From Lachnospiraceae bacterium (GTDB lineage: Bacteria; Bacillota; Clostridia; Lachnospirales; Lachnospiraceae): 64,000 nucleotides of DNA. The notes under the pieces are model-generated. The model was not told the DNA's origin and made no database searches. It saw nothing but the letters and a program-made list of their open reading frames with translations. The translations under genes and the position numbers were made by a program. The stretch's first letter is position 1; each line of letters starts with the position of its first letter. Of the stretch, positions 53,744 through 64,000 are shown piece after piece. The stretch is taken from the NCBI GenBank assembly GCA_021205755.1, contig JAJPWX010000036.1, forward strand, positions 26,315 through 90,314, in the 5' to 3' direction.

Positions 53744-55471
53744 CTAAGAAATGCTCCCCGTAATCGCGCTCCACACGTCGTCGGTCTCGTAGCCGAGCCG
53801 CCAGGCAGCGATGCCGCCAAGCTCATATTCACTGATGAATGCGGCACGGGCAGCGACGGAATCGGCATCTTCGAGCCAGATCTGGCAGAGGCGGCCATCG
53901 GAAGCTGCCCACTCAGCGTACTGCTGGCCAGTGCTTTCGTCGTAAGCGGAAGTGACGCCCGCTTCAGACAGAATTTCCTGCGTCTCACTCATGGTGAGAA
54001 CTTCACTCGTCACATTGGTAGTGCCGTCTGACAAAGTCTCCGTGTACCAGAGCCTGGTATAAAACGGAATCGCGCTGATAACCTTTTCTTTGGAAATCTC
54101 CAGCAGCATATTCTGGATGCCAGTCTCCTCGAATTCCATGGAAGCGACACTTCCGGCGTCAGAACCGGAATAATGCTCGTCGTAACCCATCATTATAATA
54201 TAATCACAGATGATGCCGAGTTCTTTCCTATTATATTGCGTCGAATATTCGGTCGGCACTGGAACATCAACGGACAGAACAAGGCCATATTTACGGCAAA
54301 GAATCGACAGCTCTCGCAGGAACTGTACATAATCATACCCGGATTCCTGAGCGATGCCTTCAAAATCAATGTTGATACCGTCAAATCCCAGCTCGAGTGC
54401 CTGCTCGATCAGGAAGTTTTGCACCGTCTGGCGCGAGGAACGAGTCGCGAGGAGAGTGGAGGTACTGACATCCTCGCTAAAATTGCTGACAAGCGCCCAT
54501 ACCTGCAGCCCCGCTGCATGCGCTTCTTCAACATAGGAAGCACTGGCATAAGACAGAATACTCCCACTGTTGTCATTTAAATAATACCAGGTCGGCGAGA
54601 TCACATTCACGCCAGTCATCGCTGCAATGTCTTCCGACAGATTGTCGTTCATCGCGGTATAATTGATCTGATGAAATACCAGATTCACCCGGCCGTCCAG
54701 GCTGATACTGGAATAATCGGCCTGATAATAGGTGTCGCGCACAGTTTCTTCTATATTAATAAGATTGCCTGATTTGATGTAGCCGATGTAGCCATCCGCG
54801 GTCACGACCTGCGTCCAGTTCTCCAGCTGCTCCAGCACAGTCACCGTGTCGCCTGCAGTCACATCAGTCAGGATCGCGCTCTTGATACCGCCGCGGTAGC
54901 GCACGACACCATCCTTTTTCACCTCAGCGACGGTCACGGTAACACTGCCGGTCGTGATAACGACGCGCGCCGGGGATTCATAGGTCTCAAAATGCAGGTT
55001 TGAATACTGCTGCAAAAAGTTCATCGACAGAAACATGCCGGAGGACGTTGTCTTCACAATCTCATACCCCACATCATAACTTTCTCCATCGATGGTATAG
55101 GCCGAACTGTTCACAGGAATCTCGAAGATCTGATCTGCTGTTGTAAACAGCATCACTGCCTCCGAGGAATCCCAGTAAAATCTGGAATTCAGCGTACTCT
55201 GGACGAGCGTATAGTCAATATATGCGTTCCCGCTCACGATCAGCGCGCGCTCCTGTGCTATGTAATCATCGATCACTACCGCGGCAACCGCCTCTCCTTC
55301 TATCCCTAGCGATGGTTCCGTCGTCCCCTCCGCAAAGCCAAAGTAGGTATCGGAAGGCATCCTCTCAGTGGTTGGCATGAATTTCTGCACACATACAAAT
55401 ACAATCGACAACAGGCCGACGGTGATGAGCAGCGCCGCCAGTCGCCGGAAAGTTTTATTTTTATAATTCAT
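53744..55471 (-). CDS. Glycoside hydrolase family 18 protein with an N-terminal membrane anchor and an SH3-like domain (YaaH/YdhD-like peptidoglycan hydrolase)
   Basis: Trimmed to MNYKNKTFRRLAALLITVGLLSIVFV. GH18 catalytic motif GFDGINIDFEGI. SH3-like GDTVTVLEQLENWTQVVTADGYIGYI. Confidence 0.85.
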   Translation of the reverse strand: MNYKNKTFRRLAALLITVGLLSIVFVCVQKFMPTTERMPSDTYFGFAEGTTEPSLGIEGEAVAAVVIDDYIAQERALIVSGNAYIDYTLVQSTLNSRFYWDSSEAVMLFTTADQIFEIPVNSSAYTIDGESYDVGYEIVKTTSSGMFLSMNFLQQYSNLHFETYESPARVVITTGSVTVTVAEVKKDGVVRYRGGIKSAILTDVTAGDTVTVLEQLENWTQVVTADGYIGYIKSGNLINIEETVRDTYYQADYSSISLDGRVNLVFHQINYTAMNDNLSEDIAAMTGVNVISPTWYYLNDNSGSILSYASASYVEEAHAAGLQVWALVSNFSEDVSTSTLLATRSSRQTVQNFLIEQALELGFDGINIDFEGIAQESGYDYVQFLRELSILCRKYGLVLSVDVPVPTEYSTQYNRKELGIICDYIIMMGYDEHYSGSDAGSVASMEFEETGIQNMLLEISKEKVISAIPFYTRLWYTETLSDGTTNVTSEVLTMSETQEILSEAGVTSAYDESTGQQYAEWAASDGRLCQIWLEDADSVAARAAFISEYELGGIAAWRLGYETDDVWSAITGSIS

Positions 55472-55720
55472 TTGCTGTACTTCCCCTTTCGCCAGCCGCG
55501 GTTCCAGCACAAATCCCGCAGCGCGTTTTTCTTATCTGCCAGTATAACAGGTTCTGCAAAATCCGTCATGTTTTTCGCCTAATTTTCAAAAAAGATTAAG
55601 AAGTCGCAGGCCTTTGCGGGAAAACAGCGGCTCTGGCGTCCTCCTTTCTTTTTTCGTCTTTCTTCAAAAAATGCAGGCCTGACAGGCCAAAGTGACCGAT
55701 ATTTGCTTTTGTATCCGGTC

Positions 55721-55951
55721 TTAAGACTGGTTCAGACGAATTTTGACAAAATTAATCCCTGTGATCGCTTCCTGGTCGTTTCCGATGAAATCCCGCATAT
55801 ATGCGGAATCTTCGGCGAACAGACAGGCGCTGACAATTTCGTCTGCGTGGCAACGCTTTCCTTCCAGGTAGAGCTGCGTTCCTGCCCGCTCATAACCGCG
55901 CAGCTCTTTCTTCAGCGACGCGGCTGCTTTATTGCTGTATTGCGGTTTCAT
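55721..55951 (-). CDS. Hypothetical protein (76 aa from the ATG; 80 aa from the TTG at 55963)
   Basis: ORF only. No convincing RBS and no recognised motif. Protein-like composition. Confidence 0.3.
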   Translation of the reverse strand: MKPQYSNKAAASLKKELRGYERAGTQLYLEGKRCHADEIVSACLFAEDSAYMRDFIGNDQEAITGINFVKIRLNQS

Positions 55952-56254
55952 TTGTCTATTCAATTTTCTCCCTCTTCACGGGCAGAAAAGAATGGAGGTG
56001 CGTGTGATATATTTCCGGTATTTCTGCCCGGTTTTTCTTATTCTTTCCTATTGCATTTTCCGTAAATCTTTATTATACTACAGTTGACGTTGTATAGCGG
56101 AAAGGGTATACGATTTGTACTGTAATTGGGAAGTACAGCCCGGCAGCGTAAATATCCCTCCTTTCAAAAGTTGTATATCCTTTCTGTTGTATATTATAAA
56201 CAATTTGAGCATGATATGCAAGTACTTTTTTCCTTTTTATTTAAATTTATACAC

Positions 56255-56282
56255 TTTACATCCGGCTTTAAATGCGTATAAT
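56255..56282 (+). promoter_or_regulatory. Candidate promoter TTTACA-16-TATAAT for mecA
   Basis: Hexamers at 56255-56260 and 56277-56282, about 105 nt upstream of the ATG at 56395, in an AT-rich patch. Confidence 0.4.
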
Positions 56283-56394
56283 ACAATATCAATAACACTT
56301 CAGAGAAGATCTATAGCCTGCCATCAAAACCGCCGCGCGGAGTCATTGCCGCTATTCTGGATCTTCGGATGATAGATGTAAAGGATGTGATTGC

Positions 56395-57180
56395 ATGAGA
56401 ATTGAGAAAATTAACGATCGGCAGATTCGCTGTACACTGACGAGCGAAGATCTGGCCAGTCGAAATATCAACGTCAAAGAGCTCGCCTATGGGTCAGATA
56501 AAGCCAAGCAGCTTTTTATGGATATGATGCAGGTTGCCGCGCAGGACTTCGGATTCGAGGTAGATAATATGCCGCTGGTGATCGAAGCAATCCCGGTGTC
56601 GATGGATACGATCATCCTGATTATCACGAAGGTCGAAGATCCGGAAGAGCTGGATACACGTTTTGCCCGCTTCGCGCCGGAAAGCGCGAACGCAGATATC
56701 GGACTTTCATTCTCTGAGCTGAAGGAGCACATAGAAGGTGCGGATGACATTCTGGATCTGATCCGGCGGATTTCTGAGGGTCGGAAGCGCACTTCAGAAA
56801 AAGGAGCGCTTGTAGAGGGCGTTGAGCCGATGGATGAGTCCGGGACAGACGAAGACAACCCGGCAGATCAGGAAGCTTTACCGGATCTGATGCGTGCTTA
56901 TTGCTTCCACTCACTGGACGAAGTGATCCGTGTAGCGGGTGTCCTTGGCAATATCTATGACGGACCGAATACCCTGTTCAAAAGTGAGGAGGACAACGCC
57001 TACTATCTCTTATTAAAAAAAGCGTCCTGTTCACCCGCGCAGTTTAATAAGGTCTGCAATATCCTCTCGGAATATGCCGTCGCCTGCAAATTTACCGTCG
57101 GTTTGGAAGCATACTTCCGCGAACATTTTGAGACAATCCTTGCGGAGCACGCGCTGAAAAGCCTGAGTGAGATTCTGTAA
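56395..57180 (+). CDS. mecA: Adaptor protein MecA
   Basis: MRIEKINDRQIRCTLTSEDLASRNINVKELAYGSDKAKQLFMDMM is a typical MecA N-domain. Acidic linker plus C-terminal domain. 261 aa. Confidence 0.85.
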   Translation: MRIEKINDRQIRCTLTSEDLASRNINVKELAYGSDKAKQLFMDMMQVAAQDFGFEVDNMPLVIEAIPVSMDTIILIITKVEDPEELDTRFARFAPESANADIGLSFSELKEHIEGADDILDLIRRISEGRKRTSEKGALVEGVEPMDESGTDEDNPADQEALPDLMRAYCFHSLDEVIRVAGVLGNIYDGPNTLFKSEEDNAYYLLLKKASCSPAQFNKVCNILSEYAVACKFTVGLEAYFREHFETILAEHALKSLSEIL

Positions 57181-57197
57181 AATGATAAAAGTACGAA

Positions 57198-57251
57198 AAA
57201 GCGAGAACAGCCCTCTGCGGATAAATCCGCTCGGGCTGCTTTCGCTTTTTT
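57198..57251 (+). terminator. Rho-independent terminator of mecA
   Basis: Long imperfect stem AAAGCGAGAACAGCCC...GGGCTGCTTTCGC with an inner hairpin GCGGA-taaa-TCCGC, followed by TTTTTT. Confidence 0.65.
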
Positions 57252-57442
57252 GCTGCTGCGCTGAACTGGTGGAAAACATGATACCACGGATTGCTCCGTG
57301 CTTCGCACTCACGCAATCCTAAAAACATTCGGAATCCGCTCATTTTTCTGCGAAAAATGGCTACTTCCTCACGTTTTTGCGGGTCTTAAAGTCATGAATT
57401 GGAGCGCAAGCGTTCCATTCCTGACTTTTGACCCTGGTATCA

Positions 57443-59038
57443 TCACATGAGCGGAGCTAAAAGTTTCAGGACGTGGCCGGCGATCTTTCGCGTAATTTTA
57501 TCATGTCTGATATCGAAATCTGTTACAAGCTGGCACTCGATCAGTGTTCGGCGGAAGTCTTCTTCGATGTCCCGGATCTGGGGAACTTCGTACAGAAAAG
57601 CCGCGCACTCAAAGTTCAGATAAAGACTGCGATAGTCGAGATTAATCGCACCTACGACGCCGCAGATGTCGTCACTGACGACGACTTTGGAATGGACAAA
57701 GCCCGGTGTGTACTCAAAGATACGTACGCCGGAATGAATCAGAACTTTGTAGTAGGAATGCGCCAGCGCAAAGGCATATTTTTTATCCGGAATGTGCGGC
57801 AGGATCAGCTTGACGTCGACGCCTCGCCGCGCAGCATAAATCAATGCCTGCAGAAGTTCGTGATCCGGTATCAGATAAGGGGTCATTATGTGAACATACC
57901 GCTGCGCTCCATTCAGGATTTCCAAATAGACGCGTTCGGCTGTCTGTGTCTCCTGCAGCGGATTCGTTGCGTAGGGAAGCACAAATCCTCCGCTTCCCGA
58001 CGTTTCCGTAGCGGCTGGTTCTGACTTTTTCAGATAAAAGGCTATATTCTCCTGTTTCTCTGTAACATCCCACATTTTCAGAAACATCACAGTAAAGCTC
58101 CAGGCCGCCTCGCCGCGCACCATAATAGCCGCATCTTTCCAGTGGCCAAAGCGCTCCTTGCGGTTGATGTATTCGTCCGCAAGATTTACTCCTCCGGTAA
58201 ATGCAATCTTTCCGTCGACCACGGCAATCTTGCGGTGGTCGCGGTTGTTATAGCTGGTAGAGATGACCGGATACACAGGAGAAAATACTTTACAGCGGAT
58301 ACCCAGGTTCTTCATCTTTCTGGAAAAATCGTGCGGCAGATTGTTCAGCTCATTCATTCCGTCATACATCAGGCGCACTTCGACGCCTTCCCGGACCTTC
58401 TGTTCCAGAATCTCCTGCACACTGTCCCACATCACACCTTCCGAGATGATAAAATATTCCAGAAAAATAAACTGTTTTGCGGCGCGAAGCTGCTTTTTCA
58501 GCTCCTCAAATTTTTCCTCGCCGCTCGCGAAATATACCACCTCAGTGTTCCGGTAGACCGGATATCCCTGCTGTTCTCCGACATAATAAGCCAGCTGTGC
58601 CATGCGCGGACTTTCAAAAGAAAACTCACGCAAAGCCACCGGGTCCTGCGGCAGCAAATCTCTTGTATTGTTATCAATCTCCTGCATCCGCCGTCCCAGA
58701 ATCCGCATCCCCGGCTGCAGCTTGATATAAAGATATAAAAGTCCGCCAAAGATCGGAAATAGCAGCACCAGCGATGCCCACGCCAGCTGAAAGGCCGGAT
58801 GCTCTACGCGGTTCAGAATCAGGAGCAGAATCAAAAATGAAAACACAATATGCGTGCCAAAAAGCAGGTAGATATACTGCGCCACATAATGAAGCGCCAA
58901 AAACAGCAGCAGTACTTCCGCCAGCAGACAGACAATCAGAACCCCGGTACGGCCGAAAACCACATGAGAAACACCCCGGCGGCCGCGATCCACGGACCGA
59001 TCCTTCATGTCCTTTACCCGATCAAAGCGATCATTCAT
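57443..59038 (-). CDS. cls: Cardiolipin synthase
   Basis: Two HKD motifs (HRKIAVVDGKIAFTGGVNL and HSKVVVSDDICGVVGAINLD). N-terminal TM helices. 531 aa. Confidence 0.9.
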   Translation of the reverse strand: MNDRFDRVKDMKDRSVDRGRRGVSHVVFGRTGVLIVCLLAEVLLLFLALHYVAQYIYLLFGTHIVFSFLILLLILNRVEHPAFQLAWASLVLLFPIFGGLLYLYIKLQPGMRILGRRMQEIDNNTRDLLPQDPVALREFSFESPRMAQLAYYVGEQQGYPVYRNTEVVYFASGEEKFEELKKQLRAAKQFIFLEYFIISEGVMWDSVQEILEQKVREGVEVRLMYDGMNELNNLPHDFSRKMKNLGIRCKVFSPVYPVISTSYNNRDHRKIAVVDGKIAFTGGVNLADEYINRKERFGHWKDAAIMVRGEAAWSFTVMFLKMWDVTEKQENIAFYLKKSEPAATETSGSGGFVLPYATNPLQETQTAERVYLEILNGAQRYVHIMTPYLIPDHELLQALIYAARRGVDVKLILPHIPDKKYAFALAHSYYKVLIHSGVRIFEYTPGFVHSKVVVSDDICGVVGAINLDYRSLYLNFECAAFLYEVPQIRDIEEDFRRTLIECQLVTDFDIRHDKITRKIAGHVLKLLAPLM

Positions 59039-59044
59039 ACATTT

Positions 59045-59311
59045 TCACCCTTCCTCGATCACCTGTATCTCCAGATAATCAAATGGAATCTCCTCAATAA
59101 AACTGTCCTGATAGAAGCGCGTCTTACTGTGCCTTCTGAATTCCGACACAGTCTTGTCCAGCCAGATCGGCCGCTCCAGATCAAAATCATGGCAGATTTC
59201 ATCCAGTCCGCGGAAAATCTTGTGCGTGCGCGTGTCATCGCTCTCTTCTTCAAAAACAGTATCCTGAATCATATGGTTATCCTTCCATACTTTCCCCCAT
59301 AAACGAAACAT
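59045..59311 (-). CDS. Hypothetical protein (88 aa) translationally close-coupled to cls
   Basis: Trimmed to MFRLWGKVWKDNHMIQD. Purine-rich RBS region. The stop lies 6 nt before the cls start. Confidence 0.5.
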   Translation of the reverse strand: MFRLWGKVWKDNHMIQDTVFEEESDDTRTHKIFRGLDEICHDFDLERPIWLDKTVSEFRRHSKTRFYQDSFIEEIPFDYLEIQVIEEG

Positions 59312-59392
59312 CTGCTTTCCTCTTCTCTCCTTGAAATGCCGGCTCCGGACAGCCTTCCTCTCTACTTGGGCTTGCGGCTGCATTCCCCAATG

Positions 59393-60853
59393 TCATTCAT
59401 TAAAAAACTCATAAACAAGCGTCGACAAACTGGCAATCCGGCTGATCGCCGTGTTGGTATTGCTCCATCCGTTTGACAGCACCACCAGGATATAATCACA
59501 GGCGTCAGAATATATAATCGCCGCGTCGTTCTGCGTCGTGCTCATCTCTCCGGTCTTATTCGCGCAAAGAACGTCATCCGGCAGTCCGGCCGGAATCTTG
59601 TAGCGTGTATTCTGTGCCAGCAGCATTTCTTCCATTTCGTTGCTGACCGCCCGGCTCATCCACGTCCGACGATAGATATCTTCCAGAAGCTTTCCAACGT
59701 CTTTCGCTGCCACCTGATTGATTCCGTCGCCTGAATTTGTCGCAGGATTATCAAAACCATTGTATTCCACTGTCATTTCGCTGTAGCCGTGGCTCTGGAT
59801 AAATTCATTCACCTTTGCGATACCGTCCGCATAGCTCGAATCTCCCAGAATATACAAAAGCTGATTGGATGCGGAATTATCGCTATTGCTGATCATCTTA
59901 TTCATCAGTGTCATAATATCGGAGGTTCGCTCCAGCTCTCCCTCCTCAAAAGCCGTATACACAGTTCCCATGATAAAAAGCTTCATGACGCTCGCAGATT
60001 TCATCGGCTGATCATTAATGACGAAGCTTTCATCAGTATTCAGATTTTTTACGTAAATAGACCAGGTGCCGTCATAAGCAGCGATCGTCGTCCGAAGCAG
60101 GGTCTCCAGATCTTCGATCGTCTGTGTCTGCTCCCACGGATGCACACGTCTGGCTTTTCCAATGGAAAGCCGACCATAGGAATAAGTGACCGGACCTTTC
60201 ATCGTTCCATATTCCTCGGGCATCGCCATCGGAATCTGAAAATCTTCCCCCAGGTATACCTTTTCCAGAAACGCTTCGAGAGCCTGCTGCGCCTCATCCG
60301 TTTCCTCGGTCTCAGTCTCGCTTTCCGTTTCTGTTTCCGTCTCTTCTTCTGTCTCTTCTTCCGTCTCCACACCAGTCAGCCGCGCAATCGCGTCTGACAG
60401 CGATGCTGAAATCCGAAATACGGAACCGTCCTCGTAATACGTCTCCTCGATGGGAGCTTCCTCATCAGCCACTGCTGCCTCAACCGACGTGTCGGTATCC
60501 CCCTTTTCCGTATGCGCAGCATCCATCTCCTCAGAAGCCGCGCGCGCGGTAGTTTCCTCTGCTTCCGTCTCCGTCTGAGCCGCCGTTTCTGTCGGTTCTG
60601 TGATCAAAGTCTCCGTTTCCGTCGCCAAAGTCTCACTCTGGGCTTCCGCACCTGAAGTCTCCGTCTCCGTTTCCAGGGCCGAAGTCTCTGTCTCACTCTC
60701 CCGCGCCTGCTCAATAGCTGTTTTCAGGGCATTCCCGACCCGTTCGCTCAACTCGGATTTCGACTCATTTGCCGAAGCGCACACATCCGTTGCCAGAACA
60801 CTGACACAAATGAGCGCACAGGCGAGCAGCCGTAAGCGTTTCTTTTTTCTCAT
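59393..60853 (-). CDS. Secreted or lipid-anchored serine hydrolase with class A beta-lactamase fold and an acidic E/T-rich linker
   Basis: Trimmed to MRKKKRLRLLACALICVSVLA. Motifs SxxK (SASVMKLF), SDN (ISNSDNSASN) and KTG (ANKTGE). ETETE linker repeats. Confidence 0.75.
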   Translation of the reverse strand: MRKKKRLRLLACALICVSVLATDVCASANESKSELSERVGNALKTAIEQARESETETSALETETETSGAEAQSETLATETETLITEPTETAAQTETEAEETTARAASEEMDAAHTEKGDTDTSVEAAVADEEAPIEETYYEDGSVFRISASLSDAIARLTGVETEEETEEETETETESETETEETDEAQQALEAFLEKVYLGEDFQIPMAMPEEYGTMKGPVTYSYGRLSIGKARRVHPWEQTQTIEDLETLLRTTIAAYDGTWSIYVKNLNTDESFVINDQPMKSASVMKLFIMGTVYTAFEEGELERTSDIMTLMNKMISNSDNSASNQLLYILGDSSYADGIAKVNEFIQSHGYSEMTVEYNGFDNPATNSGDGINQVAAKDVGKLLEDIYRRTWMSRAVSNEMEEMLLAQNTRYKIPAGLPDDVLCANKTGEMSTTQNDAAIIYSDACDYILVVLSNGWSNTNTAISRIASLSTLVYEFFNE

Positions 60854-60902
60854 TTCTGATCCTTTTCCCATAGTACCTCCGGTTTGGCCTGCCCTTGTAG
60901 AA

Positions 60903-63026
60903 TTATTCCGATGCCGCGTTCAGCGTAAAAAAGTCATAATAACGGTTATCCCCGCCGAAAATATCATTGTATTCCAGTATATTATATTCATTGACCAGCT
61001 CATAGTACGGCGATTCCTCATCATCCAGTTCGTAGAATACGCCGTCCGCACCCCAATAACCAATCGAATTGATCACAGGAATCTCTTCGCTCAGATCCAG
61101 CAGGTATTCCTGATACCCCGTCATCGACAATCCGAGTCGATCCGCCATGATACTGTACAGATAATTTAGACTGGTCGCCTCAATTGTCTCCTCCTCGATA
61201 TCATAATTCGCCCAGATGATAAACGGAATCTTATATTTTTCCATCAGCTCCTCGCCAGTCAGATCGTCCTCCGTACCGCCGAGCAGGTACTCATACGCGC
61301 CGTCGCCGATGTCCGGCTGATGATCGCCAAACATCACAATCACCGTCGGCTCCTCAACCTCCTCAAAATACTCAATCAGCTGCTTGAAGGCGTCATCCGT
61401 CGCTTTTACCAGGTTTACATAAATATCTGCTCTCGTTGTGCTAAAGCCTGTATTCAGAACCTCTATCTCCATATCCAGGTTTTTCGTGTTGGACGTATAG
61501 TAACCGCCATGATTCTGAATCGTGACATTATAGGAAAAAAGCGGGCTCCCAGAATCCAGATTCGCCTCATATTCTGTGATAATCCGCTCAAACAGCGTCT
61601 CATCCGAAATATAATTCCGAATCTTATACGGATAATCAAAATCATCCCGCGTATAATAAGTTTCAAACCCAATCTGAGGGTAAACAATATTTCTCCGGTA
61701 ATTTGTCCCGCGGTACGGATGCATAGCCAGCGTATAGTAGCCCAGTGAATCGAGCTGTGACGCCAGGGACGGCAGATTTCCCCGCACAAACAGATTAAAC
61801 CCGACCGAAGAGGTCGGCAGGAAAGCCATCGTATTTCCTGTCAGGAACTCATACTCCGAATTCGGCGTATTGCCGCCAAAGACAGAGGAATAGGCCGTAC
61901 CCTTAATCGTATTTTCTGTCAGGCTGCGGATAAACGGCATATAATCCTCTGAGAGCTCCAGAGTATTGCCAATATCCGTGTAATCCGCCCAGGATTCATT
62001 CATAATCACAATAAGATTGGGCGTATCAACCGTGTCAGTATCGCTGTCAGCACTCTCAGAAACAGCATCCGCGCTGCCCGAGTCATCTGCGTCTGCCGAG
62101 CCCGCGCCCTCCTCCTCATCCTCGGAGGTCACGTAATCCGCCGCGATTTCCTGCACTGCTTCCAACGAATACCCTTCCGGCTTATCCACCACCAGGTAAA
62201 AACAGGTCGTCAGTGTTGTGAAAATCATATCGTATTTTTTGTAGCGCAGCTGGTGTGTAAATCCTTCCGAACGGATGTCGTGGTCTTCCAGAAACGTCGT
62301 TTTTCCGCAAAGGTAATAATACCCGCCCGCGAGTACGGCCACCAGCGCCAGAAATACCCCGCGCGCCGCGAGCGGCATCATCCGCCCTTTGCGCAGCTTC
62401 AGGCTGATGGTGCAGATCAGGAGCGTAAACAAAATCTCCATGACCATATACCAGTCCAATTTATATGTATATTCCGAAGCCACTGCCGCCGCTGTACCAA
62501 CCGAAAAGAGATCCGCCGCTGAAATCGCCATGCCACGGAAAGAAATTACAAAGCAATTGATGATCCCGATCGCCGCAATCGCCACTGCATAGATTATAAC
62601 GGAGAAACGGATGCTGCCCGTCACTCCAAAAAGAATCCCCTGCACCAGGTACAAAAATGCAAAAGTGAGCAGGAGCGCGATTTTATCCAGCGCAAAAAAA
62701 TCAATATTATATTTATCCGCATTTAAATATAGAAGGGAAAAGTAAACCGCAAACGGTGCAACCGCAAACCAAACCCAGGACAGAATGCGGTTCAGCCTGT
62801 CGCTCATCTCATTTGTCTCAAGCCACAAAAAAACCAGCGCTACTGATAAAAGGGTGATCTCATAGGTCCTTGCACTCCGCCAGATGGGCACTTCCCCATC
62901 CGCTGAATACAGCTCCGGATGGACACAATAATAAATCAATAAACCCACCGTAAACAGGATCGGTATCGCCCGAAACAGCTTTTTTCGATCCTCCGGCAGG
63001 TGAAGCTTTTCTGTCAATGTTGACAT
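60903..63026 (-). CDS. LTA synthase family protein (multi-TM N-domain plus extracellular sulfatase-like domain)
   Basis: About 8 N-terminal TM helices, then NLIVIMNESWADY... and MFGDHQP, typical of the LtaS/sulfatase domain. 707 aa. Confidence 0.8.
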   Translation of the reverse strand: MSTLTEKLHLPEDRKKLFRAIPILFTVGLLIYYCVHPELYSADGEVPIWRSARTYEITLLSVALVFLWLETNEMSDRLNRILSWVWFAVAPFAVYFSLLYLNADKYNIDFFALDKIALLLTFAFLYLVQGILFGVTGSIRFSVIIYAVAIAAIGIINCFVISFRGMAISAADLFSVGTAAAVASEYTYKLDWYMVMEILFTLLICTISLKLRKGRMMPLAARGVFLALVAVLAGGYYYLCGKTTFLEDHDIRSEGFTHQLRYKKYDMIFTTLTTCFYLVVDKPEGYSLEAVQEIAADYVTSEDEEEGAGSADADDSGSADAVSESADSDTDTVDTPNLIVIMNESWADYTDIGNTLELSEDYMPFIRSLTENTIKGTAYSSVFGGNTPNSEYEFLTGNTMAFLPTSSVGFNLFVRGNLPSLASQLDSLGYYTLAMHPYRGTNYRRNIVYPQIGFETYYTRDDFDYPYKIRNYISDETLFERIITEYEANLDSGSPLFSYNVTIQNHGGYYTSNTKNLDMEIEVLNTGFSTTRADIYVNLVKATDDAFKQLIEYFEEVEEPTVIVMFGDHQPDIGDGAYEYLLGGTEDDLTGEELMEKYKIPFIIWANYDIEEETIEATSLNYLYSIMADRLGLSMTGYQEYLLDLSEEIPVINSIGYWGADGVFYELDDEESPYYELVNEYNILEYNDIFGGDNRYYDFFTLNAASE

Positions 63027-63164
63027 TCTAAATCGTATTCCTCCAAACGTTTCTCACACAAACCAACTCGTAATACAACGCAAAAGCATTGATTTAACGC
63101 TGTCCGGCATCATCATCTGACAGTGGACAGCGCAAAATCACTGCTTTTGAGTTATTGACAGCGT

Positions 63165-63201
63165 CCGCTTAAGAAAATGCTTTTATCACTTTCTTAAGCG
63201 G
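63165..63201. other. Perfect 12-bp stem-loop CCGCTTAAGAAA-(13 nt)-TTTCTTAAGCGG between pgi and the LtaS-family gene
   Basis: Direct inspection. No adjacent U-tract on either strand. Confidence 0.4.
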
Positions 63202-63208
63202 ATCATTC

Positions 63209-63237
63209 GTAACCGTTCCGTACCTTCACAGTTACGG
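63209..63237. repeat. Copy 3 of the conserved hairpin element (GTAACCGT-tccgtaccttc-ACAGTTAC-GG), 12 nt downstream of the pgi stop
   Basis: 26 of about 29 nt identical to copy 2 (34698..34727). Confidence 0.7.
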
Positions 63238-63248
63238 TATTTTCTGTT

Positions 63249-64000
63249 TTACAGGCGTTTCAGCAGCTCTTCTCTCTGCTTTTCATAACCAGGCTTGCCC
63301 AGAAGCGCGAACATGTTCTTCTTGTAGCTCTCAACGCCCGGCTGGTTAAACGGGTTCACGCCCAATACATACCCGCTCACGCCGCACGCAAACTCGAAGA
63401 AATAGAACAGCTCGCCCAGATAGAACTCGTCCTGCTTCGGAATGTTCACGATCAGATTCGGCACGTTGCCGTCCGTGTGCGCCAGAATGGTTCCGTTCAT
63501 AGCACTCTTATTGACAAAATCAACGGTCTTTCCTGCCAGATAGTTCAAGCCATCCAGATCCACCGGCTCTTCCCCGATCGTGAGTGTGCATCTGGATTCT
63601 TCGATGTTCATCACAGTCTCATACATAATACGGCTGCCGTCCTGGATAAACTGACCCATAGAATGCAAATCGGTCGTAAGATCTACCGACGCAGGGAAAA
63701 TTCCCTTCTGATCTTTTCCTTCGCTTTCGCCGTAAAGCTGCTTCCACCATTCCGATACATAATGCAGGCTCGGCTCATAATTTGCCAGAACCTCCACGGA
63801 TTTGCCTTTTCTGTGCAGGATATTGCGGACTGCCGCATACTGAAGAGCGTCATTTTCCTCAAAATCCGCTTCCATCGCGCGCGCTCTGCCGGAAGCCGCG
63901 CCCTCCATCAGCTTGTCAATATCCGCACCGCTCACTGCAATCGGCAGCAGGCCAACCGCCGTCAGCACGGAGAAACGTCCGCCGACGTCATCCGGCACCA
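63249..64000 (-). CDS. pgi: Glucose-6-phosphate isomerase, C-terminal part (gene continues past the right edge)
   Basis: [21 protein letters not shown] and FNQPGVE motifs of the Firmicute-type Pgi. The ORF is open to the window end. Confidence 0.9.
   Translation of the reverse strand, partial: VPDDVGGRFSVLTAVGLLPIAVSGADIDKLMEGAASGRARAMEADFEENDALQYAAVRNILHRKGKSVEVLANYEPSLHYVSEWWKQLYGESEGKDQKGIFPASVDLTTDLHSMGQFIQDGSRIMYETVMNIEESRCTLTIGEEPVDLDGLNYLAGKTVDFVNKSAMNGTILAHTDGNVPNLIVNIPKQDEFYLGELFYFFEFACGVSGYVLGVNPFNQPGVESYKKNMFALLGKPGYEKQREELLKRL

Noticed and set aside
56100-56372. An AT-rich patch and the 85-aa ORF 56115..56372(+) upstream of mecA. Also a GGAGG on the minus strand at about 56155.
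   Set aside because: The ORF starts at a non-ATG codon without an RBS and its product is hydrophobic, low-complexity junk. The minus-strand RBS is not followed by a start codon. The region is better explained as the mecA promoter and leader.
57277-57443. A 9-nt inverted repeat (ATGATACCA / TGGTATCAT) enclosing about 150 nt with several hairpins between the mecA terminator and the cls stop. Considered as a possible MITE or small RNA.
   Set aside because: 9-mers recur by chance many times in this window. There are no target-site duplications and no second copy in the window. It is probably just the cls 3' region.

Overview
The window is a 64-kb chromosomal segment from a spore-forming Firmicute. 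It looks Clostridia/Lachnospiraceae-like, judged from the gene content (hup, S4 protein, yabP, yabQ, divIC block; FabK-type FASII; PurO-type IMP cyclohydrolase; strong GGAGG ribosome-binding sites). Almost everything is chromosomal housekeeping.

Gene content, left to right:
- The sporulation/division block, then a phospho-sugar mutase.
- A five-gene Opp/Dpp-type peptide ABC transporter.
- A beta-lactamase-fold hydrolase, a large (Bacillus-type) SRP RNA abutting tadA, and one giant 3110-aa wall-anchored isopeptide-domain adhesin.
- A PurF-like gene, then acpP-fabK-fabD-fabG-fabF-fabZ preceded by an ECF sigma / anti-sigma pair.
- mutS2, an orphan OmpR-type regulator, and a YARHG protein.
- A YkgJ protein, two COG0523-type GTPases, and an amino-acid ABC transporter.
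- A zinc-ribbon membrane protein, an aminotransferase, a TelA/XpaC pair, an NlpC/P60 hydrolase, trxB and a GNAT.
- A split purH (AICARFT plus PurO-type cyclohydrolase), a GH18 hydrolase, mecA, cls, a second beta-lactamase-fold protein, an LtaS-family protein and the 3' part of pgi.

I saw no rRNA, tRNA, CRISPR array, transposase, integrase, phage gene or recognisable defence system. I cannot honestly point to a clear novel multi-gene system.

The items most worth a second look are:
- Three families of conserved intergenic palindromic repeats.
- The giant adhesin, with a non-canonical sorting motif and the same 18-nt hairpin on both sides.
- An orphan response regulator with Glu at the phospho-acceptor position.
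- A PurF paralogue lacking the catalytic Cys1.
- The ECF sigma / anti-sigma pair sitting where fabT-fabH normally sit in a FabK-type FASII cluster.
- A fused or degenerate COG0523 pair.

All product calls rest on motif recognition by eye. No database search was run.
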